Of a stretch of DNA of 64,000 nt, positions 27,893 to 35,332 are shown one piece after another; the stretch's first letter is position 1, and each line of letters starts with the position of its first letter. Made by a program: the position numbers and the translations under genes. The DNA lies in assembly GCA_965221775.1 (NCBI GenBank), contig CBDCSU010000004.1, forward strand, positions 480,001-544,000. The letters are read 5' to 3'. Source of the stretch: Candidatus Latescibacterota bacterium. Lineage in GTDB: Bacteria; Latescibacterota; UBA2968; UBA8231. Under the pieces are notes generated by a model. It did no database searches. It saw nothing but the letters and a program-made list of their open reading frames with translations, and was not told the DNA's origin.

Positions 27893-28762
27893 TCATCGCA
27901 GGCTCTCGACGAACGCCGGGGCCAGGCGGCCGCTGGCCACTTCCTCCACGGCTCCGCGCATGGTCAGGCCGAAGCCCGGGTCCACGTCGATGTGGAGGGT
28001 GCCGCCCTCGGCCTTCACCGCCACCGGCGCCTTCACCAGACCCAGGCGGACCGCGGCGGCGGCGGCGGCGCAGGAGGAGGAGCCCGAGGCCAGGGTCTCG
28101 CCGGCGCCGCGTTCCCAGATGAGGATGTGGAGCGAGCGGGGGCCGATGGGGATGGCCAGTTGAACGTTGGTCCGGCGCGGGAAGATCTCGTGGTTCTCGA
28201 GGGCGGGTCCCAGGGTGAGCAGCTCCTCCCGCGTCCACGGCTGACCGCGGCCACGGAAGAGGACGCAGTGGGGGTTGCCGACGCTGACCCCCGTGAAGAG
28301 CAGCTCCCGGCCGGCGGCGGTCACGGGCTGCTCGATGAGCTCCTCCACGCGCAGGCTGCAGGGCAGGGCCGAGGGACGGAAGGTGGCGCCCCCCATCTCC
28401 ACCGTGGCGGCGCTGGCGTACCCGGAGGCGTCCAGGTGCAGCTCGATGGCCACCCGCCCGCCCCGGGTCTCCACCGTGAAGCGGCGTCGGCGGGTGCGGC
28501 GCGTGGCGTGGAGGTAACGGGCGAAGATGCGCAGGCCGTTGCCCGACTTCTCGGCCTCCGAGCCGTCGGGGTTGTAGATGCGCACGCCGAAGTCGGCTGT
28601 CCGCGACGGCGCCAGGGCGAGGATGCCGTCGCTGCCGACGCCCCGGTGGCGGTCGCAGATCGCCCGGATCCGCCGCGGGGTGAGGGAGATGTCGAGCTCG
28701 GCCGGGTCCAGGGCGATGTAGTCGTTGCCCAGGCCGTGGCCCTTGAAGAACCCGTTCCTCAT
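27893..28762 (-). CDS. dapF: diaminopimelate epimerase-like protein with Ser at both catalytic Cys positions
   Basis: KGHGLGNDY, GVGSDG, NPDGSEAEKSGNG, VGNPH, WERGAGETLASGS. Confidence 0.8.
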   Translation of the reverse strand: MRNGFFKGHGLGNDYIALDPAELDISLTPRRIRAICDRHRGVGSDGILALAPSRTADFGVRIYNPDGSEAEKSGNGLRIFARYLHATRRTRRRRFTVETRGGRVAIELHLDASGYASAATVEMGGATFRPSALPCSLRVEELIEQPVTAAGRELLFTGVSVGNPHCVLFRGRGQPWTREELLTLGPALENHEIFPRRTNVQLAIPIGPRSLHILIWERGAGETLASGSSSCAAAAAAVRLGLVKAPVAVKAEGGTLHIDVDPGFGLTMRGAVEEVASGRLAPAFVESLR

Positions 28763-28784
28763 CCTCTGCCGGCTCGACGGCGCC

Positions 28785-29432
28785 TCAGAAGCGCAGTCTC
28801 AACTCGGCCAGCCGAAGGGGGCGGTCCCTGGCCGCGGCCTCGTCGAGGAGCAGCTCCGGCTCCCGCTCCTGGTGCACGGCGTTGGCCGCCCGCACCTGGT
28901 CCCGCAGATGGAACAGGGAGGCGACCTTGGTCCAGGCCAGCAGTGGGATCCAGCCCGCCGCTCCGCTCCGCCCGGTGGCCCACGCCGTACCTCCGGCGAT
29001 GGCCGTGACCCCGACCATGGCGTATCCCTGGCCGTACTCGCCGGCGTAGAAGTAGCCGAACCCCGGCAGCACGGCCTCGATGGCGACGGCGAGGCCCGTC
29101 CACTTCGGAGGCCGGTACGGCGCCATCTGCCGAGGGATCCGGTGGACGCCGATCTCGCGGGCCGAGCGGATGTGGGCCAGCGGATAGGCGGCGGGCCGTA
29201 GCTGCAGGGGGCCGATGACCTCCTGCACGCTCACCGTGTCGGCGCCCAGGGTCTCCACGCGGACCTGCCGCATGGCCCCGGCCTCGAGGGTGATCTCGCC
29301 CCAGAGCCCCTCGCTCTGCAGCCGCTCCAGGACCGGACGCACCTGCTCCTCCCCGAAAGCAGCCGGGGCCCCGAGGGCCAGGGCCAGGAGCCCGGCGAGG
29401 ATCGCGGATCGAATCCCTTCCATCCCGTTCAT
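28785..29432 (-). CDS. hypothetical exported/membrane protein
   Basis: RBS-like AAGGGAG before the ATG at 29432; signal peptide; LPGFGYFYAG hydrophobic segment. Confidence 0.6.
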   Translation of the reverse strand: MNGMEGIRSAILAGLLALALGAPAAFGEEQVRPVLERLQSEGLWGEITLEAGAMRQVRVETLGADTVSVQEVIGPLQLRPAAYPLAHIRSAREIGVHRIPRQMAPYRPPKWTGLAVAIEAVLPGFGYFYAGEYGQGYAMVGVTAIAGGTAWATGRSGAAGWIPLLAWTKVASLFHLRDQVRAANAVHQEREPELLLDEAAARDRPLRLAELRLRF

Positions 29433-29568
29433 ATGGTCTCCCTTTTCCATCATTCGAGTTTACGGGCTGCCCCGCGAAGGGTGCAAGTGGAGGCCCGTCC
29501 CGCGGAAGTTCCCTCGTGGCCCTCGGGCCGCCTGTCTCCCCCTCCGGCACCTGCCTATCTTGGCGCCG

Positions 29569-31344
29569 ATGGAAGACCCGGGCGGCGCCACCAAACCCTC
29601 CGGCGGCCTCGATCCACCCGACAACGGCCGCATCATCCGATTCCTCAAGCGCCACGCGGCGCTCATGGAGCTGGCGGGGCTCAACGCCTTCCGCGTGCGC
29701 GCCTTCGACAACGCGGCGCGCATGCTCGAGGAGCTGGAGATCGACATCGCCGAGATGTCGGAGGCCGACACCCTGACGGAGATCGACGGCATCGGCAAAG
29801 GGGTGGCGGCCTTCGTCGCCGAGTACATCGACCGCGGCACGACGGCGGCCTACGAGGGGCTCACCGAGGAGGTTCCGGAAACCCTTCTCGACCTCCTGCG
29901 CATCCCCGGCCTGGGCCAGAAGAAGGTCAAGGCCGTGTACGAGACCCTCGGCATCACCACCCTGGAGGAGCTGGAGGCCGCCTGCCGCGACGGGCGCCTG
30001 GGGGAGTTGCCGGGCTTCGGCGAGCGGACCCGGGAGAGCACGCTCCGGGCCATCGAGGGCCTGGACCGGTTCCGGGGCCGTTACCGCTACGACCAGGCCC
30101 TGGCCGACGCCCGGGGCCTGCTGCGGGCGCTGGAGGCCCATCCGCGCACGATCCGGGCCAGCCTCGCCGGAAGCCTGCGCCGCCGCCGGGAGGTGGTGAA
30201 GGACATCGACATCGTCCTCAGCACGGAAGCCCCCGGCGAGGTGGGCGCCTTCTTTGCGGGACGGCCCGGGGTGGTCGAGGTGATCGCCCGCGGGGAGCGC
30301 AAGGTCTCCGTGCGCCTGGAGAGAGGCCCGCAGGCCGACCTGCGGCTCGTCGACGACGCCCGCTTCCCTTCCCTTCTGCACCACTTCACCGGCAGCCGCG
30401 ACCACAACGTCGCCATGCGCTCCCGCGCCCTGGCCCGCGGCATGCATCTCAACGAGTACGGACTCTTCCATGGGCGGGAGGGCGGCGGCGCCCCCGTCCC
30501 CTGCGAGGACGAGGCCGATCTCTTCCGGGCCCTCGGCCTCGGCTACGTGCCGCCGGAGCTGCGGGAGGGCCTCGGCGAGGTGGAGGCGGCGGCGGCCGGA
30601 GAGCTGCCGCGCCTGCTGACGGCGGGGGACGTGCGGGGCCTGCTGCATGTCCACACGCGCGCCTCCGACGGCGTCGATACGCTGGAGGAGATGGTCGACG
30701 CCGCGCGCCTCCGAGGCCACGAGTACATCGCCATCTGCGATCACTCGAAGTCGGCCGGCTACGTCTACGGCATGAAGGAGGCCGACGTGGAGGAGCAGCA
30801 CCGCGAGATCGACGCCCTGCAGGCGGAGCGGCCCGACATCCGCATCCTCAAGGGCATCGAGTCCGAGGTGCGGAAGGACGGCTCCCTCGACTACGACGAC
30901 GACTTCCTCGAGCGCTTCGATCTCGTCGTGGCGGCGGTGCACGACACCATGGGCATGGAGGGGGCCGAGCTGACCCGCCGCTTCGTGGAGGCGGTGGCGC
31001 ATCCGGCCACCTCGGTCCTCGCCCACCCCAGCGGGCGGATCCTGCTGGAGCGCGACGGCTTCCCCTTCGACCTGGAGGAGGTCGTGGCCGCCGGCGCCGC
31101 CCACGGCGTGGCCCTGGAGCTGAACGCCCACCCCGCCCGCCTCGATCTCGACTGGCGCTGGCTGCGCCGGGCGCGCGACCTCGGCGCGCCCATCGCCGTC
31201 AACACCGACGCCCACAGGATCGCCGATCTCGACCACCTCGACCTCGGCATCGGCATCGCCCGCAAGGGCTGGCTCACGGCCGCGGACGTCATCAACACCC
31301 GGTCCGTCGACGAGCTGTTGAACTGGACCGGGCGCGGGCCCTGA
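29569..31344 (+). CDS. polX: DNA polymerase X with PHP 3'-5' exonuclease domain
   Basis: HhH motifs IDGIGKG, IPGLGQK; AGSLRR, KDIDI, HFTGS; PHP HVHT, DHS, NTDAH. Confidence 0.95.
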   Translation: MEDPGGATKPSGGLDPPDNGRIIRFLKRHAALMELAGLNAFRVRAFDNAARMLEELEIDIAEMSEADTLTEIDGIGKGVAAFVAEYIDRGTTAAYEGLTEEVPETLLDLLRIPGLGQKKVKAVYETLGITTLEELEAACRDGRLGELPGFGERTRESTLRAIEGLDRFRGRYRYDQALADARGLLRALEAHPRTIRASLAGSLRRRREVVKDIDIVLSTEAPGEVGAFFAGRPGVVEVIARGERKVSVRLERGPQADLRLVDDARFPSLLHHFTGSRDHNVAMRSRALARGMHLNEYGLFHGREGGGAPVPCEDEADLFRALGLGYVPPELREGLGEVEAAAAGELPRLLTAGDVRGLLHVHTRASDGVDTLEEMVDAARLRGHEYIAICDHSKSAGYVYGMKEADVEEQHREIDALQAERPDIRILKGIESEVRKDGSLDYDDDFLERFDLVVAAVHDTMGMEGAELTRRFVEAVAHPATSVLAHPSGRILLERDGFPFDLEEVVAAGAAHGVALELNAHPARLDLDWRWLRRARDLGAPIAVNTDAHRIADLDHLDLGIGIARKGWLTAADVINTRSVDELLNWTGRGP

Positions 31345-31350
31345 GCGGCC

Positions 31351-31680
31351 AAGCGCCCTGGGCGGCCACCACGGAGCGCCCACGGATCTCCCGGGGCAGG
31401 ACCTGAGCCAGCGGGCTGCAACCGCGGAATCCGCCGCCGGAATGCCCGGCCTGCCCGGGCCACGGCCTGCCCGGGCCACAGCGAGAAGCGTCTGCTCTTG
31501 GAGCTGCGGAGGTGGAGGGCCGCCCCCGGGCATCCGCCTCTGCTCTTCAGCATCCGGCCTCCCGCTGGCTTCGCGGTTGGCCCGGCGGGCCAAGACCGGA
31601 TCGGCGACTACGCCGCGGCCGAGGGCGTCACCCGGTCAGAGGTCGAGGCCGGGCCGGGTCCGAACCTCGCCCACGCCCCC
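31351..31680 (+). pseudogene. metH: decayed fragment of the 3' end of B12-dependent methionine synthase (reactivation domain)
   Basis: frame-broken pieces GIR..CPACPGHSEKRLLLEL, HPASRW/FAVG and QDRIGDYAAAEGVTRSEVEAGPGPNLA resemble the MetH C-terminus as I recall it. Confidence 0.65.
31448..31479. repeat. 16-bp perfect tandem duplication (GGCCTGCCCGGGCCAC x2)
   Basis: directly visible. Confidence 0.9.
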
Positions 31681-31734
31681 CAGGCGGCCGCAGGAACCGT
31701 GGATGAGGAAGGGCTGCGCAGCACACCGCCGCCG

Positions 31735-32655
31735 TCACTCCCCGGCCCCCGGAGATCTCTTCAGCCACGAGGGCAGGCGAATCCCCTCCGACAGCCGCCA
31801 GGCCGTCAGGTAGAGGCTGGCGGTGAAGGCCACAGCCACCCGGCCCCTCTCCTCGGCGAAGGCCCGGGCCGGCGCGCTCACCGGGTCGAGACCGCCGGCC
31901 AGCTGGTAGACCCGGTCCACCTGTCCGTTGCTCTCCAGGACCTGGTCCCGCACGGCGGCGAACAGCTCCCCTTCCAGGGGGGCCGCCTCCACCCCCTCCA
32001 CCAGCTCCGCGGCGGTCAGGCCGATGCGCTCGATGAGGGAGTCCACCTTCTCGTGGATGCCGGCGCCGGTCCGCGAGCCGTCCTCGCCGACGCGGCCGTT
32101 GTAGTGGATGGTGGCGTGCAGGGGCTGGACGATGTCCCCGGCGTAGTGGGCCAGGAAGCCGGCGTAGACCAGGCACTTGTCCTGGATCACCCGGTTCTCC
32201 GGCCATTTCCGGTGCTCGGCGAAGGCTACGGCGAGACGCTCGACGTACTCGGTGACGGCGTACGGGGCGAACCCGACCTCTTCGGGTCTGACGCCCAGAG
32301 TGTGGCAGAGGGCGATGAAGTCGTAGCGCTTGGCGGGCAGCTGCTTTCCCTGCAGGAGCTCGATGTCGGCGAAGTGCTCGGGATGCTCGCCGTGCCGGAG
32401 GTGCGGGGCCCGGCGGTTCTTGGCGACGTCGGGGTCGAAGGAGATGTGCGCCGCCGTCTCGGCCCCGGCGCGGAAGAAGGCGGGCACCTCCTCGGGCAGG
32501 GCCAGGACCGCCGCCCGGGTCAGCAGGCCGTGGGTGTCCCCCCACCAGGCCGCGGCCGGCTGCGCCAGGGCCAGGGCGGCGAGGATCACACCCACCGCCG
32601 GCCGGAAGCCGCTCCGCGTTGACACCCCTGAAGGGCTCCGTATAGTAGATTTCAT
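31735..32655 (-). CDS. secreted S1/P1 nuclease or Zn-dependent phospholipase C fold protein; start uncertain
   Basis: signal peptide ending AAA then W-W-G-D-T-H; HFAD, HYAGDIVQPLH, GIHE. Confidence 0.75.
   Translation of the reverse strand: MKSTIRSPSGVSTRSGFRPAVGVILAALALAQPAAAWWGDTHGLLTRAAVLALPEEVPAFFRAGAETAAHISFDPDVAKNRRAPHLRHGEHPEHFADIELLQGKQLPAKRYDFIALCHTLGVRPEEVGFAPYAVTEYVERLAVAFAEHRKWPENRVIQDKCLVYAGFLAHYAGDIVQPLHATIHYNGRVGEDGSRTGAGIHEKVDSLIERIGLTAAELVEGVEAAPLEGELFAAVRDQVLESNGQVDRVYQLAGGLDPVSAPARAFAEERGRVAVAFTASLYLTAWRLSEGIRLPSWLKRSPGAGE
32619..32646 (+). promoter_or_regulatory. sigma70 promoter (TTGACA-N16-TATAGT) for the peroxiredoxin
   Basis: near-consensus hexamers about 80 nt upstream of the ATG at 32725. 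Confidence 0.65.
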
Positions 32656-32724
32656 CTTGCCTGCTTCACCCTCCCGGCCGCCGGACACGGCGGTCATCCC
32701 CTTCTGCCACAGGAGTTACGAGCC

Positions 32725-33360
32725 ATGGCGATCCGATTGGGCGACGAAGCGCCCGACTTCACAGCCGAGACCACGGAAGGAACGATCTCCTTCCACGAGT
32801 GGATCGGGGACGGCTGGGCCGTCCTGTTCTCCCACCCCGCCGACTTCACCCCGGTGTGCACCACCGAGCTGGGCACGGTGGCCAAGCTCAAGTCCGAGTT
32901 CGAGAAGCGCAACGTGAAGATCGTCGCCCTGAGCGTCGATCCCGTCGATGCCCACGACCGCTGGATCGGGGACATCAACGAGACCCAGAACACGACTGTC
33001 AACTTTCCCCTCATCGCCGATCCGGATCGGAAGGTCTCCGACCTCTACGACATGATCCATCCGAACGCGCTCGACAACCTGACGGTGCGCTCCGTCTTCG
33101 TCATCGGCCCCGACAAGAAGGTCAAGCTCACCCTTACCTACCCGGCCTCGACGGGCCGCAACTTCGACGAAATCCTGCGGGTGATCGACTCCCTGCAGCT
33201 GACCGCCGAATACTCGGTGGCCACCCCGGCCAACTGGACCGACGGTGAGGACTGCATCGTCGTGCCGGCGGTCTCCGACGAGGATGCCAGGAGCAAATTC
33301 CCGAAGGGCTTCGAGGCGGTGAAGCCGTATCTGAGGGTTACGCCCCAGCCGAACCGGTAG
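32725..33360 (+). CDS. 1-Cys peroxiredoxin (Prx6)
   Basis: FSHPADFTPVCTTE, YPASTGRNFDEILR, ATPANW. Confidence 0.96.
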   Translation: MAIRLGDEAPDFTAETTEGTISFHEWIGDGWAVLFSHPADFTPVCTTELGTVAKLKSEFEKRNVKIVALSVDPVDAHDRWIGDINETQNTTVNFPLIADPDRKVSDLYDMIHPNALDNLTVRSVFVIGPDKKVKLTLTYPASTGRNFDEILRVIDSLQLTAEYSVATPANWTDGEDCIVVPAVSDEDARSKFPKGFEAVKPYLRVTPQPNR

Positions 33361-33407
33361 TCCCCCCCCGGATCCCATCCGTCCCCGGATCGCCGGCGGA
33401 GGCGGCC

Positions 33408-33878
33408 TCAGAACGGCAGCCCGTCGTCCTCCAGCGCTCCCGGGGAACGGGTGGCCGTCGTGCCGGGCTCCGCCTCGCCCTCCCGCCCGTACAGGAGATC
33501 GAGCTCGCCGGGCCCCCCGGCGCCGTCGACGAAGCGGAGGTCGGTGACGACGATCTCCGTCACGCTGTGGCGGTGACCCTTGCCGTCCTCCCATTTCCGG
33601 GTCTGCAGGCGCCCCTCCACGTAGATCCGGACCCCCTTGCGCAGATGCTGGCTGGCGACCTCCGCCAGCCGGCGCCAGAGCACGAGGCGGTGCCACTCCG
33701 TGCGCCGCCGGCGGCCGCCCTTGCGGTCGGTCCAGGACTCGTCGGTAGCGAGGCTGGCGGTGGTCACCTGGGTCCCGGAGGGGGTGAACCGGGTCTCCGG
33801 ATCGTCGCCGAGGTTGCCCACGAGGGTCACCTTGTTGAGGCACTTGCCCGGTGCCGGGCGGGACAGGAGGTCAGACAT
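33408..33878 (-). CDS. ssb: single-stranded DNA-binding protein
   Basis: LNKVTLVGNLGDDPE, TEWHR, YVEGRLQTRKW, acidic tail DDGLPF. Confidence 0.93.
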   Translation of the reverse strand: MSDLLSRPAPGKCLNKVTLVGNLGDDPETRFTPSGTQVTTASLATDESWTDRKGGRRRRTEWHRLVLWRRLAEVASQHLRKGVRIYVEGRLQTRKWEDGKGHRHSVTEIVVTDLRFVDGAGGPGELDLLYGREGEAEPGTTATRSPGALEDDGLPF

Positions 33879-34053
33879 CGCCCTTGTCCGGCGGGGTGCG
33901 GCGCTTGCGCCGCGCCTGCGGGGTCTCGATGCCGTAGCGGCGGCACAGGCGCCCGAAACTCCCCGGGGCGATGCCGAGGGCCACCCCGGCGTCGCGGTTG
34001 CTGGCGTAGATCCGGGCGGCCCGTGCGATCCGCTCGCGGTCGAACTGCTCCAT
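33871..34053 (-). CDS. small basic helix-turn-helix protein (60 aa, Fis-HTH-like)
   Basis: GGAGG RBS; NRDAGVALGIAPGSFGRLCRRYGI resembles an HTH; 8-nt overlap with ssb. Confidence 0.7.
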   Translation of the reverse strand: MEQFDRERIARAARIYASNRDAGVALGIAPGSFGRLCRRYGIETPQARRKRRTPPDKGDV

Positions 34054-34123
34054 GACTCGGAACCTCCTGGCCTCGAGGTTGACATGAGAAGAGCCTGATC
34101 GGCGGAGGATCCGATCGGCCTGT

Positions 34124-34162
34124 GATGCACATCAGTATACTATTCATATGTGCATCTGTCAA
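34124..34162 (-). promoter_or_regulatory. near-consensus sigma70 promoter (TTGACA-N17-TATACT) overlapped by inverted repeat GATGCACAT-N15-ATGTGCATC
   Basis: -35 at 34157-34162, -10 at 34134-34139; repeat arms 34124-34132 and 34148-34156; conspicuous AT-rich island. Confidence 0.85.
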
Positions 34163-34180
34163 CCTCTGGACCGGGGGCGG

Positions 34181-35332
34181 TCACGCCTCCCGCGTCCCCA
34201 CCTCCTCCAGCACCTCCAGGATCCTGTCTACGTCGGAGGTACCGTTGTAGACGTGGCCCGAGATGCGCACGCGGCCGTACTCCCCCCAGACCAGGACCCC
34301 CCGCGAGGCGAGCCTCCGCGCCAGGGCCGCGGCATCCTCGTCCAGAAAGCAGGTATTGCCGGAGCGGGCCGGCCGCCGCGAGGGGCTGATCACGGTTCGC
34401 CCGAGGGACCTGAGTCCCGCGTCGATCGCTTCCGAGAGGTCGCGGGCATGCTCCTCGGCGGCCTCGACCCCGATCCTCTCGAGATGGGCCAGCGCCTTCT
34501 CCAGGAACATGATGACGATCATGGCCGGATTCCCCGGCTCAAGGCGCTCGGGCATGGGCCGCACCGCCACCTCCGGGGTCCGAAGGGCTCCCTGATCCGG
34601 CCACACGGCCAGGTTGCGCCAGCCGAAACAGCTGTCCCGGACCACTTCGCCGGCCCGCTCGCTCAGGTAGCAGGGCGCGGTGCCGTGGGTGGCCAGCATC
34701 CACTTGTAGCTGCTGCTCACGCACAGGTCCGTCACCGCGGCGGGCACCCTCACGACTCCGGAGGCGTGGGTGGCGTCGACGGCCAGCAGGCACCCCGGGT
34801 GGGCGGACAGCCCCCGCGCCAGGGCTTCGACATCCAGGTTCTGTCCCGTGTAGAAGCCCACCTGGCTCACGGCGAGGACGCGGGTCCTGCCGTCGACGGC
34901 GGCCAGCAGCTCCTCCTCCCCCACGTGCCAGTCCTGGTGCGGCACCATGCGCACCTCGACACCCAGGTTGGCGATCTCCCGCCAGGCATACGCCACGGAG
35001 GGGAACTCCAGATCGTCGGTGACGACGTTGTCGCCGGGCCGCCAGGGCAGGCCCCGGGCCAGCCAGCCCATGCCCTCGGCCGCCGAGGGCACGAAGGCCA
35101 CGCGGTCCCTGGCGACCCCCCACAGGCGCGCCACGCGACCGCGGCAGCTCTCGCCCCGGCGGTAGATCTCCTCACGGCCCTCGAGTCCCCCGCTCTTGAG
35201 GCGGGCGAACTCGCGGTGGACCTGGTCGAACTCCTTCAGCCAGGGCGCCTCCCCTCCCGTGCACAGGTGAGCGACCCCGTCGATTCCCGTGAACAGCCCC
35301 GGGTCGAGCAACGGTGCGGTCTCCCTCGTCAT
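34181..35332 (-). CDS. class V PLP-dependent aminotransferase/cysteine desulfurase-like enzyme
   Basis: DLEFPS, VSQVGFYTG, VDATH, SSYKW (PLP Lys), RISGHVYN. Confidence 0.85.
   Translation of the reverse strand: MTRETAPLLDPGLFTGIDGVAHLCTGGEAPWLKEFDQVHREFARLKSGGLEGREEIYRRGESCRGRVARLWGVARDRVAFVPSAAEGMGWLARGLPWRPGDNVVTDDLEFPSVAYAWREIANLGVEVRMVPHQDWHVGEEELLAAVDGRTRVLAVSQVGFYTGQNLDVEALARGLSAHPGCLLAVDATHASGVVRVPAAVTDLCVSSSYKWMLATHGTAPCYLSERAGEVVRDSCFGWRNLAVWPDQGALRTPEVAVRPMPERLEPGNPAMIVIMFLEKALAHLERIGVEAAEEHARDLSEAIDAGLRSLGRTVISPSRRPARSGNTCFLDEDAAALARRLASRGVLVWGEYGRVRISGHVYNGTSDVDRILEVLEEVGTREA

Noticed and set aside
33408-34053. HTH-ssb as a prophage or ICE remnant
   Set aside because: No integrase, att repeats or phage genes; codon usage is host-like
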